From positions 13,888,001-13,952,000 of the forward strand of contig OX597832.1 of NCBI GenBank assembly GCA_951406725.2: DNA of 64,000 nucleotides, written 5' to 3'. The DNA is from Octopus vulgaris (Eukaryota). Positions 26,740 through 38,547 of this stretch are shown here, piece by piece. A program made the position numbers and the translations under genes. A model generated the notes under the pieces. The model was given only the letters and a program-made list of their open reading frames with translations. It was not told the DNA's origin and ran no database searches. Position 1 is the stretch's first letter. Each line of letters begins with the position of its first letter.

Positions 26740-27138
26740 TACTCTTTTACTTGTTTCAGTCATTTGACTGCGGCCATGCTGGGGCACCACATTTAGTCGA
26801 GCAAATCGACCCCAGGACTTACTCTTTGTAAGCCCAGTACTTATTCTATCGGTTTCTTTTGCCGAACCGCTAAGTGACGGTGACTTAAACACACTAGCAT
26901 CGGTTGTCAAGCAATGCTAGGGGGACAAACACACTCACACAAACATACACACACACACATATATATATACAGATATACGACGGGCTTCTTTCAGTTTCCG
27001 TCAACCAAATCCACTCACAAGGCTTTGGTCGGCCCGAGGCTATTGTAGAAGACACTTGCCCAAGGTGCCACGCAGTGGGACTGAACCCGGAACCATGTGG
27101 TTGGTAAACAAGCTACTTACCACACAGCCACTCCTGGC
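26740..27138 (-). mobile_element. SINE family A, full length
   Basis: Colinear with 12845-13246 over ~400 bp. Confidence 0.93.
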
Positions 27139-27289
27139 TATAAAGTATATAAGAATCACAACAAGATTATCGCTTCACTAGCACGAACATTAAATGTCAA
27201 CATTCGCTGGGAAGCTAATTACCACAACTGTACAGAGTTTCTCTCCGATACCCTAAATCATTGTATCACGTCTGTTGTGCTTATATTTT

Positions 27290-27990
27290 ACTGAGGTTTT
27301 CAATAGGACATTCCACCGTACTTATTTTTATTATGAATAACTATGGTTCCTCCCATGCTGTGTGTTTTTTTCCTTCTGACGCATTTCGTTATAGAGTGTC
27401 CCAGCTAGAACATCATGCCTCATCAGTAGATAATACCGTGGCGACATTTTCGGACAACTGCTTAGGATGTGGGTGATAACTTCGGTGTTACCTCCATAAA
27501 ATCTGCATCGTTTGTCACATATTTTGGCATGTTCTGAATCTCTATCCTTTTGTGCATTGGGTATTTGGTTGATATTACCTGTTCCTGGATTGCAAACGCA
27601 TACCCTTCAAAGTGAGAGCTAATGATCCGGCTATTGGTCAATGATATACTGCTTTGATGATCAATGTTACTATTATTTTGGAGCTTTCTATTAACATATT
27701 GATGTATAGTTTTCTGCTCATATAGGATCATCCTTGCATCTGAGGTTACGTTGCGGTAGAGTCGTACGACTTATTTGGGAATGTTTTTTAGGTTATCAGA
27801 CAAGGAATGTTGCTCAAGGAGCTCCTTTCTAAGTCTTATGATGTTAACATACTCATGTATGCAAATTTGGTTAAGTGATGCACTTCGAGACTTCGTAGTT
27901 AACATATTTTACCGAAAGTATATAATGCAACATTGAAAGGCATTTTAGATCGATGTAAAGCCTCTGCCGCTTAGTTTTCGTTAGTACTTT
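27290..27990 (-). mobile_element. R4/Dong-like (RLE-type) non-LTR retrotransposon remnant
   Basis: SHFEGYAFAIQEQVISTKY, then a degenerate zinc knuckle CRFYG..EVITHILSSCPKM and YY..MRHD, as found before the restriction-like endonuclease. Confidence 0.75.
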
Positions 27991-28288
27991 TCGGGTCTAC
28001 GTCTTTTAATGTAAATGTCTACGTTTTTTTAATATTTTTAAATAATATTGTAACGTTTTAGTGAGATTTGTTAGTAATTTACTGAACAGGATACCAATTG
28101 AAAAAAAAATTAAAGTAAGTTACATAATCACCTTCTTTAAACTTCAGCTGTTTGTGTTATATGAAGCAATGCAGACAGGAGTTATTGATTTTTGCGTCAT
28201 CGTTTGTGTTTTCCAGTGCTTTGATAATAAAGTATATAATTGTTCAGGAAAGCATTTAATTGCATAAATATTTACATAGATAAACACA

Positions 28289-28960
28289 TACGGGGATGGG
28301 ATGAGAAGTCCATAAGCTAACTTTGAAGGAGTAGTTGTAGAGCATTGAATTCTTGCATGCATTTATTTTTGACTATTCATATTCATAGTGAGTTTCGTTA
28401 CAAATGTAGACAGTAACGATTTCCATTCAAAATGGACAGCACCGTGCTGATATCAAGTACCTGCAGACGAAGGGTTTAACACCCAAATACATTCATGCTC
28501 ACATAATTGTGTTACATTGGGGGATGACACTCCAGCTTTATAAACAGTGCAAAATTACTAAATTTATGAGTGGAAGTAGAGTCTTAATGATGACCTAAGG
28601 TTTGGACATCTAGTAACTGTCATCATTGAAGAAAAAGTCGATCGTGTTTGCCCCAAATTGTAGGATGACAGGCGATTAACGATAATTCAAATAGCGAATA
28701 TCAGTAGCTTATCCCGTGAAAGATATGAGAATATTGAGCACAATCAACTTGGCATGACAAATGTTTCTGCTCGAGGGGTGTCATGACTTCTGACAGCTGA
28801 TCAACAGTACACCAAGCTCATTATATGTCTGGACAATCTGACATTGTTTGAGGCAGATCCAACTAAGTACATTGAAAAATTTCCAACCCAAGAGACGTGT
28901 AGTGTACAAAAGTTCCACCTAGAGACAAAGAGAGAAACCAAACAGTGGAAAAATCCCTCG
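28289..28960 (+). mobile_element. Mariner remnant, 5' part (same family as 11723-12641)
   Basis: IKYLQTKGLTPKYIHAH, DDRRLTIIQIA, HNQLGMTNVSARGVS*LLTADQ, FPTQET, ETKRETKQWK. Confidence 0.8.
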
Positions 28961-29014
28961 AATGTATTGCGTACACTGTTACTTCTATTATTATTATTAT
29001 TTTTATTGTTAAGA

Positions 29015-29600
29015 AGGCGGCGAGCTGGCAGAAACGTTAGCACGCCGGGCGAAATGCTTAGCGGTATTTCGTCTGTCTTTAAGTTCTGAGTTCAAATTCC
29101 ACAGAGGCTGACTATGCCATACATCCTTTCGAGGTCGAGGAAATATATACAAGCGACAAACTGAGGCCAATATAATCGCCTAACCCCTCCCACAAAATTA
29201 CAGGCATTGTGCCTATAGTAGAAAGGATTATTGGTATTATTTTTAAGGTGTTGAGCTGGGTGAATGGTCAGCACGCTGGACGAAAAGCTCTGCAGTATTT
29301 CGTATAGCGTTACTGTTTGCGTTCAAATTCCGCCGAGGTCGATTTACCTGTCATCCTTCAGTGTCACTGAAGCTCTGGGACCGATGTAATTGACTACGAA
29401 CTTATTAGAAATGATTATTCTGATTATTGCTTAGGCTGCGAGATAGCAGAATGGTTAGCACGCCAGTGCTTAGTGCTATTTCGTCAGTCTGCACGTTCTC
29501 AGTTCAAATTCCGCACGGAGTCGACTTTACTTTTCGTTCTTTCGGGGTCGATAAATTAAATACCTGTTGAACACTGGTGATAGGGGTCCATGTAATCAAT
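29015..29600 (+). mobile_element. Three tandem SINE family B copies (29015-29233, 29246-29415, 29432-29600)
   Basis: Each starts (G)GCGAGCTGGCAGAA-GTTAGCACGCC-like, carries GTTCAAATTCCG and is separated by ATT-rich tails. Confidence 0.88.
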
Positions 29601-31191
29601 TGACATAAACTTTAACATGAAAACCCTATCTAGGATCACAAGTTTGATATGGATCCTGTTTTAGAATCACTTGTCTGAACAACTGCATTAGTGACTGAAG
29701 TACAGATTAATATATAATAAGGACTTAATACAATGTATTTAAATGCAGTAAGTTTTATTTGATGTAAATGTATTTGTCACTTATATTCGTTACTCAAATT
29801 TCCTGTTGTTTCTGTGTCCGAATGCAAATAAATATCGACAATGGTTTGAAACAGAAAAGAACAGAAATAAACTAAATAATACTATATCCGCATGTTGGAG
29901 GTCAAGTGAGTTTCGTTTCCTTGTATCTATCACTTTTATTGCTTTATCATTCACCTCTTTTGTGAAGTGAAAAGATTTGCATGAAAGCCTTTTATATCCC
30001 GGATTTGTACTTGGTATGGTGCTCAATAAGCTAGTCGTAAAATGATGTTCCACAAAAGTTGGATACTTTATCAATTCAATGTAATGTCATTGAATTCTCG
30101 TACATTAACTACAATTATTTCTACTTCAGAATTATTCAGAAGCATCTACTTAATTTATAGGATATTGTTAACTACAACAAAAGATTTGTACATACATTGT
30201 ACGGCCGATAACAATGATAGTATTTCTGATTTTATTTATTTTCATGTACTATGTTCCTACATTCGATATTTACATTTCCTTTTGATAAACTAATTTCGGA
30301 TATTTACGCCCAGTACTTTTTATTGTAAACCTAATTTATTATGGAGGAAAGAGAGACAGGGTGTAAGTATAAGTGTGTGTGTGTGTGAAAGAGAGATAGA
30401 TAGAGAGAGTGACAGAGAGAGGCAAGGAAATTGAGAGAATATATATATATATAAAGTATATAAAGTGAGAGACAATGATAAAGTCAGTAAAATACGATGG
30501 AGATTGCAGAGAACTTTGTCACTCGCTAAGTGTGACAGTTGATGAACATATAACAGCAATGAAAATGATCGAACACTTGTTCATTTTGCAAACCCGAAAC
30601 AATTTGCATTCTTTTGCTGTATATCTCTCCAATACATGTTTTCAATAACTATACATTTACTTATTCAGAGTTAAATCAATTTTCTTCAAGCATATATACC
30701 AGTTATATTAAACTAACTGCTAACTTGGTCCTCATATGCTTCATGCCATCTTGTTTCGGCTTTTCTTGTTGCTTATTATTCTAATTGAAGTATTTGGTGG
30801 AGAAACCAGACCATGTCATATTTTTCCCCAAGTTGAAATTTTGTATACATGTAGGATATGATTTATTGTTAAATTTGTGTCAGTGAAATTGCAATGTTAG
30901 AATCTTCTACAGGTAAAAGGTGATGTCACAATAGGGATTAGGGTAGTCGAAAAGGGTTAAAAGCAACTCGTTAAAAATAACTAACATGGTGAAATCGACT
31001 GGTATATATTAAACAAAAATTTTTAGAGATATTCGTATATTGATGAACATAAAAGATAGCTTTCCAAAAACAAAAAAAAATGCAATGATCTGGTACTCTC
31101 GGCCAGGTCCACCTTGGAAGAAAGCCAGTCTTCATATGCTATAAGCTATAATTTGTTCCAAGTTATTCGGATTTAGGGATCTAATCTTTGT

Positions 31192-31276
<85 letters not shown>

Positions 31277-31278
<2 letters not shown>

Positions 31279-31435
31279 CAAATTCAATAGGGGTGGCTTA
31301 TTAGTAATTAGAACGTAATGCCAAAAATTATGTACACAAAAGTGACACGATATATTGACTATAATAGTTTTTGTGACCTCTATTAATTTTGTCTTTTAAT
31401 CGTAATAGCTAATAAGCCATCCTTTTCAATTTGTT
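31277..31435. repeat. Degenerate inverted repeat beginning at a (TA)n tract
   Basis: ACAAATTCAATAGGGGTGGCTTATTAG pairs imperfectly with CTAATAAGCCATCCTTTTCAATTTGT. Confidence 0.7.
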
Positions 31436-31698
31436 GCTTACAGATTTACCGTTTTGAAATGCAGCACATGTTTTCAACTGTTTTCCTTAGAAGACTAACA
31501 GAGGTAGTTAAGTTTAATAATAAGTGCTAAGAGTCGCTGTTGAGGATTAATATGGTCTACATAAAAACCCGAAATCAGGTTCCAACTATAAAAGGTGGGG
31601 TCTTACCTCCCTTTGTTCAGTACTTTTGTAGCTTTTGAATTGTCTAAATTCTTATTGTTAGAAAAATGAGTGCTAGTCAGTAAGTTCAATTACTTCTA

Positions 31699-31747
<49 letters not shown>

Positions 31748-31831
31748 TTTCTTTCAGTATGTTGACCTCGTGAAGACCACTTGCATTTTTTTCCCTCTGT
31801 CCTCCCACCTCGGGATCTTTCTTTCTCCTAT

Positions 31832-31866
31832 GTTTCCGACGAAGAGTTCCGCTCGAAACGTCATAC
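31832..31866 (+). ncRNA. Minimal hammerhead motif (U4->C) in a short TA-embedded insert
   Basis: GTTT-CCGACGA-A-GAGT-TCC-GCTC-GAAA-CG-TC-ATAC; palindromic ACGT stem III. Confidence 0.6.
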
Positions 31867-31958
31867 CCGCCTTCTTCCCTTTTTCCTGAGCGCCTAATAA
31901 TACTTTAATTGTTCCACATCCTCGCGTTGTTATCTTTTTTGTTTTCTAGTTTGGATTA

Positions 31959-32020
<62 letters not shown>

Positions 32021-32055
32021 GAAGGTTTGGAGGTGATGGACATGTATTATATATA

Positions 32056-32239
32056 AGAAGAAATAAGGGACTCAGAAATATGGATGGTTTTATATTTACA
32101 CATTTTTATTAATATGTCACATGTGTTCTTTTATAAATCATATATTATCGCTAATATATGATTTCTAAAAGCATGTGACATATTAATAAAAATGTGTAAA
32201 TATAAAACCATCCAGATTTCTGAGTCCCTTATTTCTTCT
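32056..32239. repeat. Near-perfect palindrome (~90-bp arms, 4-nt loop) within (TA)n
   Basis: AGAAGAAATAAGGGACTCAGAAAT..ATCATATATTA-TCGC-TAATATATGAT..ATTTCTGAGTCCCTTATTTCTTCT. Confidence 0.95.
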
Positions 32240-32261
32240 AATATATATATATATATACACT

Positions 32262-33215
32262 ACCAGGTTCTCAAAGAGGAGAAGTGCTCGTCATTGCTCT
32301 AGCAACATGCTCAAACAAGATATGGAGACTCCGTTAATAGCGTATAGGTTAAGGTATTATCAGCTCATAGAACTGGCACAACACTCAGATAGATTACAGA
32401 TGCTACACACAGTAATATATAGAACTAGCTTCAGCAGAAAACGCGAATGGTATAGTAACAGTCACAATTACCGCGACTACATACATGCACACAGCAGTGA
32501 GGAAAAACAAAACAGGAACAAACGGTGTAATACTCAAACAATATACAAATATGCACATACCTATGATAAATATAACATATAGAGATAAATATGTAGAAAA
32601 AAATATATTGAATAAAGGCACGGATACAGACAAAATATTCGGCGAACCCATATACATACACAAACGCACTTACAAAAACTTCACAAACGTCCACAACAGC
32701 ATCAAGAATCCGACCAACAACAACAACAGCCAAACTTGCAGCAGCTGAGCGAACACAAGAACAGGGAGACACAGGAACGGTATCAAAGATCAAGGGCAGC
32801 AACAGAGCCAAGAGGGCAGGAGACGGGATGAAGGAAGTGTCATGGAGCTATTAAGATGAACGATGACAACGATCAAAACAATATAAATCGCTTAGACCAT
32901 ATATACATATAAGCACACATGAGAGACACTTAGACATACGTACGCACACATAAGAACGTACATACTCACACACAGACAAATACAAACACACATGTACAGA
33001 CGTAAACGCATGCGCATATAAGGACACACATCATAGAAGAACAGAATGGACTAAGTGGGACAGGAGTGCACACGAGGAGGAAAGGTATCGAAGAAGAGGT
33101 CACAGATGCGTGACGAAACATCTTCTGACAATAGACATGAGTCAAAATAGGAATACTAATAAACGAGTGAAGAACGTATACATAGAGCATGTATTAATTT
33201 GGACAAAAAAGGTAT
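32262..33215 (+). mobile_element. Heavily decayed Penelope-like 3' fragment (GIY-YIG remnant plus hammerhead-like motif)
   Basis: VIYRTSFSRKREWY, HTAVRKNKTGTNG, NILNKGTDTDKIFGEPIYIHK follow the order of a PLE GIY-YIG domain; GAAGA-G-GTCAC-AGATGC-GTGAC-GAAA-CAT at 33093-33121. Confidence 0.5.
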
Positions 33216-33225
33216 ATCTATCTAC

Positions 33226-33292
<67 letters not shown>

Positions 33293-33711
33293 CCTATCTA
33301 ATCTATATCTGTATGCATGTATGTCTATAGCAATAACGTATATATATATATATAAAGACAGAGAGTGAGGAGAAAGAAAGAGAAAGAAGAAGGAGAGAAA
33401 GTAAGATAGGAAAACTGGCAAAGGGTGTCTATCTAATCAGTAACACATGAAAACCCATGTAGATTATACGATACAGGTGAAGATTTGTCTATCATTATTT
33501 TCTCCTTGACGGTCATTGGTATATCATGCCACGCATATTTCATTAGTACGATAAAAAAGAGACATTGATATTAGTCTTACGAATATATACATATATACTT
33601 GCAAGTATGTATACCTGTTCTTATGAATGGACACATATGTTGAGACGTACAGACAGGTGTATACGTTTCTGTATGTCTATCTGTCTCTCCCTTTCTCCCT
33701 GTCACTGTCTA

Positions 33712-33762
<51 letters not shown>

Positions 33763-34085
33763 AGTATGTCTGCCTTATCTGTCTCTCTATCTATCGGTTT
33801 GTCTATTTATCTATTTGCCTATGTCTGTATATATCTATCTATGTATCTACCTACCTATCTATCTCTTCATCTATCTCTCTATCTATCTCTCTATCTACCT
33901 ATATATTTGTCTATTTATCTATTTGCCTGTGTCTGTATCTATCTAACTATGTATCTACCAACCATTCTATCTCTTTATCTATATATCTCTTCATCTATCA
34001 ATCTATTTATCTATCTATCTCTTCACCTATCTATCTACATATCTATCTACGTATCTACCTATCTATCCATCTATATATCTATAAG
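33215..34085. repeat. (TATC)n microsatellites, perfect and degenerate
   Basis: Runs at 33215-33300 and 33710-34080. Confidence 0.93.
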
Positions 34086-34626
34086 TTCATGTATGTATGC
34101 GTGTATGCACATTCACACACTCACACACTTATATGCATTGAAAGTCCCTGAATGGAAGTAGGGGAGACAAGAATGTGATAGCATGCTTCAGTTTAAGAAC
34201 CAAAAGATTCTTGTAGAAAACTCGTTTAGAATTACAGTTCTAATCTAAAACTGTTACCCAGCAGAGATCGAAATATTAACCCGACCGCATTGACATGGGA
34301 ATTTTCATTATATATCGCGGTAGGAAGAAATGAATATATATGAACCAGACGACTAAGTGGAGAGGGGGTATTCTTATTTCCATATTGCCAATCTCAGTAT
34401 TGGTATAAATGACACACAGGAAATTGAAACGAGTTGGATATACTATTAATAAGTGACAAAGAATTCCTGGAGGTTTGCTATTATTATCGGCTAGTTCATC
34501 AACACAGTGACCATATTGAACTCATCGCTCGTAAGTCACGTACACGCACATTTCAATACGTACACTCAGTTGTGCGCAGGCACACACTTACACACACATA
34601 TATATTTGTAAGCACACATACACGTA

Positions 34627-34627
<1 letters not shown>

Positions 34628-34692
<65 letters not shown>

Positions 34693-34756
34693 GTTGTACA
34701 TATATATGTATGTATATATATATATAGTTAGTTAGTTGTACATACATATATATATA

Positions 34757-34809
<53 letters not shown>

Positions 34810-34842
34810 CGTGTCTATATATATAAACATATATATGTGTAT

Positions 34843-34875
<33 letters not shown>

Positions 34876-34935
34876 TGCATATATATGTATGTATATGTAT
34901 ATATGTATGTGTATATATGTATACATGTATGTGTG

Positions 34936-34966
<31 letters not shown>

Positions 34967-35031
34967 TACATATACATGTATATATATATATATGTGTATA
35001 TATGTATATGTACATATGTATATATTACATG

Positions 35032-35067
<36 letters not shown>

Positions 35068-35145
35068 TGTGTGTGTATATGTATATGTACATGTGTATAT
35101 ATGTATATGTACATGTGTATATATTACATATACATGTGTGTATAC

Positions 35146-35194
<49 letters not shown>

Positions 35195-35225
35195 CGTACA
35201 TACATGCATACATACGTACATACGT
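34628..35225. repeat. (TA)n/(TATATG)n low-complexity tract
   Basis: Directly visible. Confidence 0.96.
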
Positions 35226-36208
35226 TCATAGAAGTATACATACTGAGATTCTCGAGTAGAATAGGAATATGAATTCCAATTGCCTGTCTCTATATCTTAT
35301 CGCCAATGATGAATGTTAGAAATACATCTGAATTGATGAGAAAATTTCCTATGCTGTTACTTTGAGTAAAACTCTATTGATAAAAGAAAACTTCATTAAA
35401 GTTCAAATTTCCATAGAAGACAAATCTGTCTGCGTTCAATAAAATGAAATCTCACCAACATGGCTCTCTTTTTTTTTTCTTCTTTTTCATAATATTACCA
35501 GATCTATGATGAATATTTGGGTTACTTGCAAGCGACTAGAGTGAATCCGGTGCATATATATCGTGACTATAAAAATACTAAAACCTGGTGAATACAACGT
35601 TAGATGTTAAAAATATTGCTTCAGGAAGAAGCATATGGCCACTTTGTACCGCATTCTCGTAAATAATATCTGGAGAGTAGTAGAGAGTGCAATGTGTTCT
35701 TTGCCTGTTTCCTTGCATAGGAACTAGGTTTCAGCTATAATAACGTTACACTTTTCAGAGAAAAAATATTAGAAAATCGTCAAAATCGAGTAAGAGTGAT
35801 ATATTTGAGGAAAAATTTCACATAGGACAAGCTAGAATCAAACTAACATCATGGACAACTATAGTAAACCCACAAGCAGAAATACTAACCTCGCAAGGAC
35901 CTAAAATAGTTCCGCCGGCGTTGAAGAGTACGCCTTTGCCCCCGGAAAAAAGATGACAAATGAAAATCAGATCAAAAACACTATAAAAAAGATGCCTCTA
36001 AACTTCTTCGATGTCACGGATAAATGTCGATTGTGCCACACCGAAACTTTAAGAGACACCACCTCTGTTTTCAGCAGTGTCGTGCTATCACCTAGCCTAA
36101 GTGCCCTGATGTTTCAGCGAAAAGAAGACCGTAAACAACATATTCCAATACCGTCAAAATAAAAAAAAAGCTGATGCAGTATTCACAGGTTTAGTGGCAC
36201 TGCATATA

Positions 36209-36294
<86 letters not shown>

Positions 36295-36297
<3 letters not shown>

Positions 36298-37796
36298 TTT
36301 GATACTTTGATACTTTGATAGGTTTCGGCCATTATTGGCCCAGGCCATGTCTAACTTAATAGCACCACCTGGTGAAGTCTTTCAAGTCAGAATTTGGGCA
36401 CTATGGCCCACTCAAGTAGAGAGTTATTGTTTACAGAGACATATCCGGGTGTAGGGGGTTTATCCGGGATTTCTTGAAGGAATCTGTCCAAAGACTTCTT
36501 GAACCCTATAGGGTCAGTTTCTGTTTTAATGTGTTTTGGTGTAATGTTAAAGAGAGCGGGGCCAATTGAGGTGAAATAATTGTGCCGTATTGTTGTTATG
36601 AGATGAGAGTGCGATTTTTGTTTTGGGCGGATGGCACGGGGCCCAAACCTTGGATGTACCTTAAAGGTGATGCCAACATCATTTGGGCAATGCTGATGGA
36701 ATATTTTCCACATCATGCAGATGATGTAGCGCTCACGACGACGTTGGAGAGAGAATAGAGTTTTAGCTTTTCTAGTCGACCCCAATAGTCGAGGCCTGTC
36801 ATGCCATCTATCTTTTTTGTGATTGCCCTTTGGGGTGCTTCAACTTTTATGATACCTTGTATTGTGTGGGGAGACCACAGTGGACAACAGTATTCAAGGT
36901 GGGGTCGGACAAAAGTGGAGAAGAGAAGGATAATGGTGTGGAATATCTCTCGACTGGAAAGTTCTGAGAATCCAGGAACACATTCTGCGGGCCATGTCAA
37001 CTTTGGTGTTTATATGAGTGGCCCAGCTTACGTTGTTGTCCACAATTACTCCCAAGTCTCTGATGTTGTTGGACGCCGCGAGAGTTTCACCTGAAGGAAG
37101 GGAGTATGGGAGTTTCAGGGCATCCTCTTTTCCAAAGTGGATTAGCTCAAATTTATCCTCGTTCAGCAGCATATTGTTTTTTTCTGCCCATTGGATAACA
37201 GCCAGTAGATCTGACTGAAGGCATGTCCGGTCACTCGCCTCATTTATGATCTTCTGTAGCTTGGATTCATCTGCAAAGATTTTTATGTTGCTGTGCTTGA
37301 TGATGTCATTAATGTCATTAATGTAAATGATGAACAGAAGTGGGCCCAGCACAGTGCCTTGCGGAACGCCACTACTGACTTTGGCTGGGCTTGATTTTAC
37401 CCCTTCAACTACAACATGTTGAGATCTGTCTATCAGGAAACACTTAATCCATTTCAGTAACTTTCCAGAGACACCAATGTTGGATAGTTTTTTCAATAGG
37501 ATCTTGTGATCGACCCTGGCGAAGGCCTTACTGAAATCAAGGTAGATGACATCGGTGTTGGAGCCCTCTCCCGAAGCTCTCTAAATGTCCTCAAAGTGAT
37601 GCAGGAGCTGCGTTAGGCAGTCCCTTCCATTACGGAACCCATGTTAGTTGGAGATCAGCCGTCTGTTGCTTTCCAGAAATTGGGTTATTCGAGATCTCAC
37701 CACCCTCTCAAATACCTTGATGATATGAGAGGTGAGTGAGATCGGACGGTAATTCCCTGCAAGGGACTTGTTTCCCTTTTTGAAAACTGGGACAAC

Positions 37797-37797
<1 letters not shown>
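36295..37797 (-). mobile_element. CR1/L2-group LINE, 5'-truncated, RT pseudo-ORF with 8-mer tail
   Basis: HGFRNGRDCLTQLL, DVIYLDFSKAFARVDH, SGVPQGTVLGPLLFIIYINDI, FADESK (FADD altered), IRDLGVIVDNN, VRPHLEYCCPLWSPH; stop at 36387; 3' hairpin GGCC-AATAAT-GGCC then (TATCAAAG)3; (TA)n on both flanks. Confidence 0.94.
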
Positions 37798-37840
<43 letters not shown>

Positions 37841-37867
37841 TATGTATGTATATGTATATGCACATAT

Positions 37868-37943
37868 ACACGGTGGCTTATCGGGTTTCTTGTATATATA
37901 TATATATATATATATATACACGGTTTCTTATCGGGTTTCTTAT

Positions 37944-37984
<41 letters not shown>

Positions 37985-38000
37985 GGTGGCTTATATCGGG

Positions 38001-38078
<78 letters not shown>

Positions 38079-38117
38079 ATGTATATGAACATATACACAG
38101 TGGATTATCGGGTTTCT

Positions 38118-38119
<2 letters not shown>
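37868..38119. repeat. Minisatellite: ~25-bp unit separated by variable (TA)n
   Basis: ACACGGTGGCTTATCGGGTTTCTTG-like units at 37868, 37918, 37981 and 38095. Confidence 0.85.
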
Positions 38120-38194
<75 letters not shown>

Positions 38195-38322
38195 ATATAA
38201 GTTCAGTAAAATTTAGATTCAGTTGAATATGGTACTTAAGTTAAAGGCACCACAATTTAGTATGGTATTATCCATATCATTCAAAATGAGGGTGATTAGA
38301 ATCAAAATAAGCAACAAGGACA

Positions 38323-38355
<33 letters not shown>

Positions 38356-38484
38356 ATGTTTGTTGTTGTGAGTGTGTTGCATAAACATTAGACTTTACAT
38401 ATTTATTTGTGCACCATATATATTTCTGCCACTAGAAAATAATCAACATGACGATATATATATATATATATATATATATGAATA

Positions 38485-38547
<63 letters not shown>

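Noticed and set aside
29880-30100. Possible hAT C-terminal dimerisation remnant (IPSTN..KRL..KRNSL, minus strand)
   Set aside because: Only a few residues match; needs an HMM search.
35850-36165. Short ORF with CRLCH next to the LINE 3' end
   Set aside because: A single CxxC with no other recognisable motif, on the opposite strand and separated from the LINE by a TA tract.
36320-36345. GGCC-AATAAT-GGCC-GAAAC as a hammerhead
   Set aside because: No CUGANGA core or stem I; better explained as the LINE 3' stem-loop.
37868-38119. CRISPR-like appearance
   Set aside because: Spacers are only (TA)n, the context is eukaryotic, and there are no cas genes.
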